DNA of 30,518 nucleotides from Fastidiosibacter lacustris. Its GTDB lineage: Bacteria; Pseudomonadota; Gammaproteobacteria; Francisellales; Francisellaceae. The notes under the pieces were generated by a model. The model was not told the DNA's origin. It searched no databases and saw only the letters and a program-made list of their open reading frames with translations. A program made the translations under genes and the position numbers. The stretch is taken from assembly GCF_003428155.1 (NCBI RefSeq), contig NZ_QLIR01000020.1, positions 1 through 30,518 of the forward strand. Direction: 5' to 3'. Shown here piece by piece: positions 7,893 through 18,774 of the stretch (positions are counted from its first letter, which is position 1; the number at the start of each line of letters is the position of its first letter).

Positions 7893-8682
7893 CCTAGGAG
7901 GCGCATCACAACTTCGTGTCACCAATTATAATCAAATCCTACCTATAATCGAAATTTACCCTTGCTTACAAGGAGAAGGCTCTCGCCGTGGACATCCTTG
8001 TTTTGCGATTCGCACAACAGGGTGTACACACCGCTGCTATTTTGGTGAACAAGGGGACTGGTGCGATACGTGGTACTCAAGCATCCATGCGCAAAAAGGT
8101 AAGTTCTCATTTTATGACATCATCCAAATGATTGAATCTTCCCCTAACATAAAAGAAATCATGTTCACGGGTGGCGCACCAACTATGCACCCCGCTATCA
8201 TCAATGAAATCATGCACCTTGCATATCAACGTAATTTCTTTTTAACCCTTGAAACAGAAGGCTCACACTTTATCAAAACGGAGCATCCAATTCACCTCAT
8301 TAGCCTATCACCCAAGTTTAATAATTCGATTCCAAAGCTTGGAATACTTACACCTAAAGGCAAAAAGGTTGATCAAAAATTCATTGATCAGCATAACAAA
8401 TACCGCTTAAACCTTTATGCTATGCGTCAAATGATTGATTACCATCAAGATTATCAACTAAAGCCAGTTTGTGATGGAAGTCACGAAAATATCCAAGAAA
8501 TCAACTCTCTCATTGCTGAACTTAATATTCCTAGATCAAAAGTTTACCTCATGCCTGCTGGTAGAACTCGCAAAGAGATAATAAAAGCCTATCCAAAGAT
8601 CATTGAACTTGCACTTAAAGAAGGCTTTAAGTTTACAGGTCGCGATCACATTATCGCTTTCGATGACAAAATTGGCGTTTAG
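7885..8682 (+). CDS. QueE-like radical SAM enzyme (7-carboxy-7-deazaguanine synthase family, atypical cluster motif)
   Basis: LQGEGSRRGHPCFAIRTTGCTHRCYFGEQGDWCDTWY aligns with E. coli QueE [37 protein letters not shown], LETEG and LSPKF also fit QueE landmarks. The only in-frame start upstream of the QGEG motif is TTG 7885, with AGGAG at 7871-7875. It overlaps the QueD-like stop by 8 nt. Confidence 0.75.
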   Translation: MNNLGGASQLRVTNYNQILPIIEIYPCLQGEGSRRGHPCFAIRTTGCTHRCYFGEQGDWCDTWYSSIHAQKGKFSFYDIIQMIESSPNIKEIMFTGGAPTMHPAIINEIMHLAYQRNFFLTLETEGSHFIKTEHPIHLISLSPKFNNSIPKLGILTPKGKKVDQKFIDQHNKYRLNLYAMRQMIDYHQDYQLKPVCDGSHENIQEINSLIAELNIPRSKVYLMPAGRTRKEIIKAYPKIIELALKEGFKFTGRDHIIAFDDKIGV

Positions 8683-10151
8683 AGTTTGCGACTTAGGCGC
8701 CAAGATCCTACCGCCACAATGATCAAAATAATGACTCCAACACCCCATAAATAACCAGCTGCATAACCACCATAACCAGTTGCAATGTCTGTATAAACTT
8801 GTTTAACGAATAGTATTGTTAAAACCATCGGAATGATATAACTACATAAAAGTTTAAAACCTGTGTGTAATGCTTGTGAACCACCTCCTTGAAATAACTC
8901 ACCACTTAAGCGATTAATATCATACAACCAGGTAATTACAATCACTTCCGCTACCATGACGATAACCATCAAATAACCATTTATAAAATGATCAATTATA
9001 TCTAATAAATACAACCCATTTCCCATCGTATATAATAAGTTACAGATAAAAAGCAACACACATATTATAAATAAAATAGTTGCACGCTTAAGCTTTATTT
9101 TACTATCCATTAATGCCGCTAAAATTGCCTCAAATAGCGATACGATAGATGTAAATGCCAAAAAGAACACGGAAGCATAAAAAATAAATGAGAAAAACTC
9201 TTGTACAACTGGAAGTAAAGTTAGCGCATGTGGGATCACTACAAATGCAAGCCCGATACCTCCTGAAACAACTTCGTGCACGTCCTTGCCATCTATATAT
9301 GCAACATGTCCTAACACTGAAAATATGATCATACTGCAAATCATAGACGCTAACGTGTCACCAATTACAACAATTGTACAAGTTTTAGAGACATTCACCT
9401 CTTTATTTAATAATGCACCATAAGCAAACATGACACCAGTTGCTAATGAGATTGAAAAAATGACTTGTGTTGCTGCTGCAAACCATACTTTAGTATCTAA
9501 CAGCGTTGACCAAACTGGGATAAATAATTGATATAGACCACCTAAACTACCCGACAGTGTAATAGAGTTCCCCAATAAAATGAGTAATAAAATAAATGGA
9601 AGTGGAGTGATCCATTTTGCAACAAATGCCAAACCACTTGTACCTTTATATAGTGAAATATAACTTAACAGTAAAATCACCATAACACCTAAAATGATTG
9701 TCAGCTTAGGGACAGTAAAAGCACCAATCCCAGATGATAGCTCTAAGAATTGATTAAAAAAGTATGATTCACTATCTGCTTGCCACGGCATTTTAAACGA
9801 ATCTACCGCAAAATTAAGCACCCACGAAGCAATGACAATATAATAAGTTAAAACACCAAAAGCTACTAACACTGCAAGCCAACCAACTATTTTAAAGCGC
9901 TTAGCATGACCGATTAATGCCAAGGCCTCTGGCGCCCCTTTTTTAGAGGTTTTCCCCAAACCCACCTCCAAAATCAATAATGGCAAACCAATACAGAGCA
10001 AACAAATGATGTATGCCACGAAAAATGCTGCTCCTCCATGCTCATAAGCAAGGTAAGGAAAACGCCATAAGTTTCCTAAGCCCGCAGCAGACCCAATAGC
10101 TGCCAATATAAATATCCAAACTGAACTAAAGTCTTTACGTATTTGCCCCAT
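8679..10151 (-). CDS. neurotransmitter:sodium symporter (NSS/SNF) family transporter
   Basis: 490 aa and strongly hydrophobic throughout. N-terminal NSS signature GLGNLWRFPYLAYEHGGAAF. Strong SD (GGGAGGAAGAA) directly before the ATG. The gene is convergent with the QueE-like gene and overlaps its 3-prime end by 4 nt. Confidence 0.85.
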   Translation of the reverse strand: MGQIRKDFSSVWIFILAAIGSAAGLGNLWRFPYLAYEHGGAAFFVAYIICLLCIGLPLLILEVGLGKTSKKGAPEALALIGHAKRFKIVGWLAVLVAFGVLTYYIVIASWVLNFAVDSFKMPWQADSESYFFNQFLELSSGIGAFTVPKLTIILGVMVILLLSYISLYKGTSGLAFVAKWITPLPFILLLILLGNSITLSGSLGGLYQLFIPVWSTLLDTKVWFAAATQVIFSISLATGVMFAYGALLNKEVNVSKTCTIVVIGDTLASMICSMIIFSVLGHVAYIDGKDVHEVVSGGIGLAFVVIPHALTLLPVVQEFFSFIFYASVFFLAFTSIVSLFEAILAALMDSKIKLKRATILFIICVLLFICNLLYTMGNGLYLLDIIDHFINGYLMVIVMVAEVIVITWLYDINRLSGELFQGGGSQALHTGFKLLCSYIIPMVLTILFVKQVYTDIATGYGGYAAGYLWGVGVIILIIVAVGSWRLSRKL

Positions 10152-10310
10152 TTCTTCCTCCCATCATTAGCAATGAACCATTTTCATAATACTTTAAAAG
10201 TATACCATTTAAACTTAGCAATGTATCAACATATAATTAAGTTACATTAAAGATAAACCCAAAAGTTCCTATAAAAAATAAAGGGTAGCATACATTTACA
10301 CATAACTTTA

Positions 10311-12422
<2,112 letters not shown>

Positions 12423-12463
12423 TTAAGAAATGAGTTTAGTGACGAAATAAATAATTCTCGGAA

Positions 12464-15151
12464 TTACATCATATTTTTAAGAACAGTTTGCAAAATGCCA
12501 CCATTTTTCAAGTAGTCAACGTCAACATCGGCATCTAGACGCGCCAATGCTTCAAATATGGTTTTATGTCCACTTGGATGGATGGCTTCAACAATCACAT
12601 TTTGGCGTGGTTTAACATTGTCTAACCCCTTAATATTAAAGGTTTCTGTCCCATCTAACTCAAGCGATTTTGCACTTTGACCCTCAATGTATTGTAATGG
12701 TAATACACCCATACCGACTAAATTAGAACGGTGAATACGCTCATAGCTTTCAGCAATAACTGCCTTGACACCTAACAAGAAAGTGCCTTTTGCTGCCCAA
12801 TCACGCGATGAGCCTGTACCATATTCTTTACCTGCTAACACAATAAGTGGTATGTCAAGTGCTTTATATTTCATGGCGGCATCAAACACATATTGAATCG
12901 AGCCATCCAGATGATACTTCGTAACGCCACCTTCTATACCTGGTGCTAATAAGTTACGAATGCGAATGTTGGCAAAGGTACCACGCATCATCACCTCATG
13001 ATTACCGCGGCGAGAACCATAAGAATTGAAATCCTTCTTCTCTACACCATGTGCTTTTAGATATTGCCCTGCTGGATATTTTTCAGGAATGGATCCTGCT
13101 GGAGAGATGTGATCTGTTGTAACCGAATCACCCAACATAAGCAAGGTGCGCGCACCAAAGATATCTAAGGAATTTTTGCCAGAACTGGTAAAGTTCTCAA
13201 AGAAATTAGGACACTGGATATAAGTTGATTTCTTATCAAATTCATATAACTTACCTGAAGATGATGCCAGTCTCTTCCAATCTGGTGTCCCATCTAGAAC
13301 AGTTGCATAAGATTTCTCAAACATCTCAGCGTTGATCACGCGAGATTGCAACTGTGCTATATCATGACTACTTGGCCAAATGTCTTTTAAGAATACATTT
13401 TTACCATGCTGATCTTGACCAATTGGATCATGCTCTGGATCAAAATTAACCGTACCTGTAATTGCATAGGCAACAACGTGAATAGGAGAAGCCAGATAAT
13501 TTGCTTTCACATCGGGGTTAATACGCCCTTCAAAGTTACGGTTTCCAGAACCGACAGAAGTAACAACTAAGTTACCCTTGTTAATCGCATCAACAATTGG
13601 TTGGTCTAATGGACCTGAGTTACCAATACAGGTCGTACAGCCATAGCCAACTACATTAAATTTTAATTGTTCTAAATATTTTAATAAGCCAGACTTCTCA
13701 AGGTATTTTGTGACTACTTGTGATCCAGGGGCAAGCGAGGTTTTAACGTATGGCTTAACGGTTAAGCCTTTTTCTACCGCTTTTTTCGCTAATAATCCCG
13801 CCCCTAACAAGACTGAAGGGTTCGATGTATTGGTACATGAAGTAATCGCAGCAATCGCAACATCCCCATGCTTTAACTCACAATTCATGCCTGTGACCTT
13901 AACCGATTTTTTTACTTCTTCCGCACTTAAGCCAAAACCATGCAATCCTGCTTCATGCGTCAAACACTTTCCAAATGACGCCTTTAAGTCACGCATAGAA
14001 ACACGATCTTGTGGACGCTTAGGCCCTGCTAAGGTAGAATCCACCGTTGACATGTCAAGTTCAATGACCGTGGTATATTCTGGTTCTTCTGCTGGATCAT
14101 GGCGGAACAAATACTGTTCTTCGTAGACCTTTTTAGCCAAATCAACGTATTGAGCACGATTTGTTTGCTTAAAGAACTCTAATGTCACTTCATCAACAGG
14201 GAAAAAGCCCATCGTTGCACCATATTCTGGCGCCATGTTGGCAATGGTTGCTCGATCTGGTAAGGATAAATATCTTAAACCTGCCCCATAGTATTCAACA
14301 AATTTACCAACCACACCATGTTTACGAAGTAATTGGGTAATCGTCAACACAAGATCTGTTGCAGTCACACCTTCTCGTAATGCTCCTGTTAATTTAACGC
14401 CTATGACATCAGGCAAAACCATATAGTAAGGTTGTCCAAGCATCACAGCCTCAGCTTCAATACCACCAACACCCCAGCCCATTACACCAATACCATTGAT
14501 CATAGTAGTATGTGAATCGGTTCCAACAAGCGTATCTGGATAGGCCACTTTTTCGCCATTTTGTGCTTTAATAAGAATACCTTTTGCTAAATACTCTAAA
14601 TTAACCTGATGAATGATTCCCATACCAGGTGGTACCACAACAAAATCATCAAATGCTTTTTGTCCCCACTTAAGCAAAGAATAACGCTCACCATTGCGCT
14701 CAAATTCCTTGGCAACGTTTTTTTCTAACGAGTCTTTTGAGCCAAAATAATCGACTTGTACTGAGTGATCGATCACCATTGCTGTATCGACAAGTGGGTT
14801 TATCTTTTGTGGATTCCCACCTGCATCTTTAATTGCTTGACGCATTGCCGCTAAATCGACAACAGCTGGCACACCTGTAAAATCCTGCATCACTACACGA
14901 GCAGGCATATGAGGAATCTCAGGACGCACTTTTGCTTGAGGTTCCCAATTTAATACATTTTCAACGTCTGCAACTTTAACTTTATAGTTGTCGATATTAC
15001 GTAATTGGTTTTCCACCAACACTCGAATTGAATAAGGTAAACGCGTGATATCTTTAGCCGTTTCTGCTGCCAGCTTCTGCAAACTATAAGCTGTATATTG
15101 CTGCCCTTTTGAGTCAATCAGCACTTTAGTTAAACGCTTTAAATCCACCAT
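12464..15151 (-). CDS. acnA: aconitate hydratase A
   Basis: 895 aa. Motifs: GTDSHTTMINGIGVMGWGVGGIEAEA, ITSCTNTSNP, GCTTCIGNSG and NRNFEGR, plus the swivel domain GKEYGTGSSRDWAAKG. AAGGAG SD upstream of the ATG. Confidence 0.95.
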   Translation of the reverse strand: MVDLKRLTKVLIDSKGQQYTAYSLQKLAAETAKDITRLPYSIRVLVENQLRNIDNYKVKVADVENVLNWEPQAKVRPEIPHMPARVVMQDFTGVPAVVDLAAMRQAIKDAGGNPQKINPLVDTAMVIDHSVQVDYFGSKDSLEKNVAKEFERNGERYSLLKWGQKAFDDFVVVPPGMGIIHQVNLEYLAKGILIKAQNGEKVAYPDTLVGTDSHTTMINGIGVMGWGVGGIEAEAVMLGQPYYMVLPDVIGVKLTGALREGVTATDLVLTITQLLRKHGVVGKFVEYYGAGLRYLSLPDRATIANMAPEYGATMGFFPVDEVTLEFFKQTNRAQYVDLAKKVYEEQYLFRHDPAEEPEYTTVIELDMSTVDSTLAGPKRPQDRVSMRDLKASFGKCLTHEAGLHGFGLSAEEVKKSVKVTGMNCELKHGDVAIAAITSCTNTSNPSVLLGAGLLAKKAVEKGLTVKPYVKTSLAPGSQVVTKYLEKSGLLKYLEQLKFNVVGYGCTTCIGNSGPLDQPIVDAINKGNLVVTSVGSGNRNFEGRINPDVKANYLASPIHVVAYAITGTVNFDPEHDPIGQDQHGKNVFLKDIWPSSHDIAQLQSRVINAEMFEKSYATVLDGTPDWKRLASSSGKLYEFDKKSTYIQCPNFFENFTSSGKNSLDIFGARTLLMLGDSVTTDHISPAGSIPEKYPAGQYLKAHGVEKKDFNSYGSRRGNHEVMMRGTFANIRIRNLLAPGIEGGVTKYHLDGSIQYVFDAAMKYKALDIPLIVLAGKEYGTGSSRDWAAKGTFLLGVKAVIAESYERIHRSNLVGMGVLPLQYIEGQSAKSLELDGTETFNIKGLDNVKPRQNVIVEAIHPSGHKTIFEALARLDADVDVDYLKNGGILQTVLKNMM

Positions 15152-15327
15152 TAGGATAGCTCCTTCTTCTATGATTTATGAGGTTATTTCGGCGCTCATA
15201 TTAGCGGAATTGATTACCTTTGTACAGCTGCACTCAAGCACTCATAGGGCACTGGCATAAAAAGCTCATTACAGCTGTATTTTTTGGATTTACGATATTA
15301 TCCTTTAAAAATCACTTTCTCACAAAA

Positions 15328-17043
15328 TCATTTATCAAGTGTTATAGACGTAATCAAATACTCAGGTAACGGATGATTGGTTAGCAAAAAACGCTTAGGC
15401 GTTTCACCTAACAAATACCCCTGATACGGCTGACTCTTTTTAAAATAGAGGTTATAGTTATTGGCATCGGTAAAAACAAACACACGTTGATCACTCTTCC
15501 AAACGGACCAAAATTGCTCCGCTGTTCTTAGCGTTTTATCCGCACCTGAGTTAGACATTCTTGCTGTATTGGCAAGTTCACCTTCATTTGCCACAATCCA
15601 AGTTAAACGATCTAAGTAAAACTGAGCATCATAAAAATAACCACCATAATTGGCAACAATAGCATTCGGATAGGCTTTTAATAGTGGTGCTACAATATTA
15701 GTCAACGGTTTTACTGTTTTTTGTGCAAAATATTGAGAACCTGACCATCCCAAGTTAAGAATAATCATCATTGCTGCAACAAACCATAACATGATTGTTT
15801 TCAGGTTATCGCGTTTAAGATAAATACAACCCATAATTGCTGTAATGATTGCCACTACAGCACCCAACCAATAATAAACTGCGATTTTCAAAAAGAACAT
15901 TGAAAACTGTGGAATAAATGGCAAAATAACAAATGCAATTGCAATAGCTGCAAAAAAAACTAACGCCACAATAACACTTGCTTTAGTTGACTTTTTTAAT
16001 TTAACGTCATTCAAAACCTTATCGAGTCTACGCGCAATTAAAATTGCAAATGGCACAACAATTGGAATCAAATATCCTATCAAGATGGATTTTGAGAATG
16101 CAAAAAACAGCAAAATACTCACCCCCCAAACAAATAAGAACCATTCATTTTCGTGTTCTCTACGTGTTCTCCATTTAGTTAGCACTGATTTAAAAACTTG
16201 TGGTAGAAAACCAAACCAAGGGAAAAAACCAATAATGAAAATTCCAAAATAAGCAAACTTGCTCATTTGCCTACCTTGCTCATCGGTGGCATATCTTAAG
16301 ATCTGCTGCACAACAACATAGTAGTGAAAAAATTCAGGATGTTCGCTGTTAACTGCAATAATCCAAGGAATCGAAATCAAGACCACAATGACTAAGCCAA
16401 GGTACAAACGGTAATCTAAAAGTAATCGGAACTTACCAACAATAATTGCCCATAAACCAATAATCATCATAGGAAACACAATGCCAATAAGACCTTTGGT
16501 CATCACTGCTAAACCTGAAAAAATAAAGGCATTTAGCAACCACAGATTGTTTGTCCAGCTTTTTTGTTTATATTGCCTTGATGCCCAAAAAGACAACATA
16601 GTGACCGTAATAAAAAAAGCAACACCTGCATCTAGATTCAGATAACGCGCACCCCCCAAATACAAAATTGAAGTCCCAGAAACCAATGCTGACCATAATG
16701 CCACACGCCTTTTTTGATAGACAATCCGACAAACAACATATACAAATAACACACCAATTATCGATAATATCGGATTTGGCAATCTTGCTGCCCAAATATT
16801 AAAACCAAAAAACTTAAGCGATAAAGCCGTTAGCCAATAAATCATTGGCGGCTTTTCAAAATAAATCACGCCATCTAAATGCGGTACGACATATTCATTA
16901 TTCACAATCATCTCACGTGCAATTTCAGCATATCTGCCTTCATCTGGGGTGAATAAAACAGGCACACCATAAAGGCACAGCGCAACTGCCATAATCAAAC
17001 TCAATATTAATAAATCACACCCAAAAATACGATCCACTTGCAT
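15328..17043 (-). CDS. GT39-family (ArnT/PMT-like) polytopic membrane glycosyltransferase
   Basis: More than 10 hydrophobic segments. N-terminal loop motif TPDEGRYAEIAREM ... YFEKPPMIYW matches the E. coli ArnT pattern QPDETRYAEISREM ... YFEKPIAGYW. I set the start at ATG 17043, which puts about 32 aa before the DE motif as in ArnT. ATG 17076 and the ORF-track start at 17193 are alternatives. Confidence 0.75.
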   Translation of the reverse strand: MQVDRIFGCDLLILSLIMAVALCLYGVPVLFTPDEGRYAEIAREMIVNNEYVVPHLDGVIYFEKPPMIYWLTALSLKFFGFNIWAARLPNPILSIIGVLFVYVVCRIVYQKRRVALWSALVSGTSILYLGGARYLNLDAGVAFFITVTMLSFWASRQYKQKSWTNNLWLLNAFIFSGLAVMTKGLIGIVFPMMIIGLWAIIVGKFRLLLDYRLYLGLVIVVLISIPWIIAVNSEHPEFFHYYVVVQQILRYATDEQGRQMSKFAYFGIFIIGFFPWFGFLPQVFKSVLTKWRTRREHENEWFLFVWGVSILLFFAFSKSILIGYLIPIVVPFAILIARRLDKVLNDVKLKKSTKASVIVALVFFAAIAIAFVILPFIPQFSMFFLKIAVYYWLGAVVAIITAIMGCIYLKRDNLKTIMLWFVAAMMIILNLGWSGSQYFAQKTVKPLTNIVAPLLKAYPNAIVANYGGYFYDAQFYLDRLTWIVANEGELANTARMSNSGADKTLRTAEQFWSVWKSDQRVFVFTDANNYNLYFKKSQPYQGYLLGETPKRFLLTNHPLPEYLITSITLDK

Positions 17044-17420
17044 ACGTAAGCGACAATGACTTCCGTGTTTTATCATAACTTTTACCACATTAAACGGGAT
17101 AACATTAAAATAACCGAAATTATAACATCGAGAAATTATTTTGCGCCATTTTTTATCGGATAGGTTTCTGTGTACATGAAGAAAGGTTTGCAAAGTTTTG
17201 ACGGAAGCGTTATTTTTTCTTAATTTTCAAAACATGAGAAAAATACTTCAATCAGCTATCGCAGTTAAAGGTTTCAAATTGTGTTTGATAATTATACAAA
17301 GATCAGTTTAAGTGCAATTCAAATGAAAAAATTCTACTGTACAGAAAGAAAAGACTAAAAAATAGGGGACAAGCGCTGTACAATGCAAAAGCTTAAATCA
17401 CAGTAGATGGAGCACAAATC

Positions 17421-17801
17421 ATGCAACATAATAATGAATTTCTTAAATTGGTTAATGACGCCAAAACACGTATTCAAGAATGTGATATTTTTCACATTAA
17501 ATATTTAATGGACAATGGTACTTTAGATGGTGTATTGATTGATGTTCGCGAAGAATCTGAATATACACACGCACATTTACCAGGAGCCTATCATCTAAGC
17601 AAAGGTCTTATTGAAGTCAAAATAGAAACACTTATTCCCAATAAAGAACAAAAGCTTTACCTTTATTGCGGTGGTGGCTTTCGCTCTGCCTTAAGTGCAG
17701 ATAATTTACAAAAAATGGGATATCACAACGTTATCTCTATTGATGGAGGATTTCGTGCTTGGATTGCTGAACAATTTCCAGTTGTCATTAAAGGTGAATA
17801 A
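17421..17801 (+). CDS. single-domain rhodanese-like sulfurtransferase
   Basis: 126 aa. Active-site loop YCGGGFRS followed by GGFRAW. GGAG SD upstream. Confidence 0.8.
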   Translation: MQHNNEFLKLVNDAKTRIQECDIFHIKYLMDNGTLDGVLIDVREESEYTHAHLPGAYHLSKGLIEVKIETLIPNKEQKLYLYCGGGFRSALSADNLQKMGYHNVISIDGGFRAWIAEQFPVVIKGE

Positions 17802-17804
17802 GCC

Positions 17805-18284
17805 ATGTTTCGTATTGGTCATGGTTATGATGTTCATAAAATCAGCACTCAAAACAAACCACTAATACTTGCTGGAATTGAGGTTCTCGCCCCTTTTTCG
17901 TTAGAAGCACACTCTGATGGTGATATCGTTTTACATGCCTTAACCGATGCACTTCTTGGTGCTGCTGCTTTAGGGGACATTGGACAACACTTCCCTGACA
18001 CCGATCCAGCACATAAAAACAGAGCAAGCAAAGATTTTTTATTGCATGCGCAAAAGAACGTGGTTAGTTTAGGCTATCAAATTTCCAATATCGATATTAC
18101 AGTTGTAGCACAAGTACCGAAGCTTGCTCCCTATATCAATGAAATGTGTCAATCGATTGCTTCACTGTTGCAGCTTAAATTAAATCAAGTTAACATCAAA
18201 GCCACTACAACTGAAAAGCTTGGGTTTATCGGCAGAAAAGAAGGTCTTGCCTGTTACGCCGTAGCTCTGATCTATCAACCTTAA
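17805..18284 (+). CDS. ispF: 2-C-methyl-D-erythritol 2,4-cyclodiphosphate synthase
   Basis: 159 aa. Motifs: FRIGHGYDVHK, HSDGDIVLHALTDALLGAAALGDIGQHFPDTD, TTTEKLGFIGRKEG. Starts 3 nt after the rhodanese stop. Confidence 0.95.
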   Translation: MFRIGHGYDVHKISTQNKPLILAGIEVLAPFSLEAHSDGDIVLHALTDALLGAAALGDIGQHFPDTDPAHKNRASKDFLLHAQKNVVSLGYQISNIDITVVAQVPKLAPYINEMCQSIASLLQLKLNQVNIKATTTEKLGFIGRKEGLACYAVALIYQP

Positions 18285-18293
18285 GGAGAAGTT

Positions 18294-18656
18294 ATGGTAA
18301 TCGCTCTTATTTTAAGCATGGTTGCTGCTTTATTAATTGGAATCCTTATCGGTTTAAACTTGCGCAAAAACAGTAAAGCTTTAAACACCGAGCTGGAAGA
18401 GACAAAAAAATTATTAACGCATTATCAAAATACGGTTAACGAGCACGTCCATAAAACACATGAAATCATGGAAAGTATCTATCAACAGTTTGCTGAGCTC
18501 CAAAAGCACTCACAAGAATATAGTGTAAAACTGAATCTAGATCCTTCTAGACAATCTCTTTTGCAACCCAAAGTGTATATTGATAAAAAAACTAATCAGC
18601 CACTTTCCGCTCCAAATATACCAAAAGATTATGCAAACGGATCTGATGAAAAATAA
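18294..18656 (+). CDS. yhcB: YhcB/ZapG-like inner-membrane protein (DUF1043 type)
   Basis: 120 aa. N-terminal TM helix, then a coiled-coil-like region, then a C-terminal PKDYANGSDE that echoes E. coli YhcB PRDYSEGASG. AAGGAG SD upstream. Confidence 0.65.
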   Translation: MVIALILSMVAALLIGILIGLNLRKNSKALNTELEETKKLLTHYQNTVNEHVHKTHEIMESIYQQFAELQKHSQEYSVKLNLDPSRQSLLQPKVYIDKKTNQPLSAPNIPKDYANGSDEK

Positions 18657-18774
18657 CGCAATATATAGGTACTCTCAAGCAGGTTTGAAGCTTTTATTTA
18701 CCAGCTAGTGCCCCTTATACGACTTCTTTAATCAGCACACACGAGTGCAAGCAAAATTAAACGATGGAAAGAAC

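Noticed and set aside
17044-17193. 50-codon N-terminal extension of the GT39/ArnT-like ORF (MQTFLHVHRNLSDKKWRK...).
   Set aside because: The extension is not hydrophobic or signal-like. The internal ATG 17043 reproduces the spacing to the DE-x-RYAE motif seen in E. coli ArnT, so the extension is probably untranslated leader.
17337-17382. CTGTACA repeated twice (17337-17343, 17376-17382) upstream of the rhodanese gene, reminiscent of LexA CTGT...ACAG half-sites.
   Set aside because: The gammaproteobacterial SOS box needs CTGT-N8-ACAG. Here the half-sites abut (CTGTACAG) or are incomplete, so this is not a credible LexA box.
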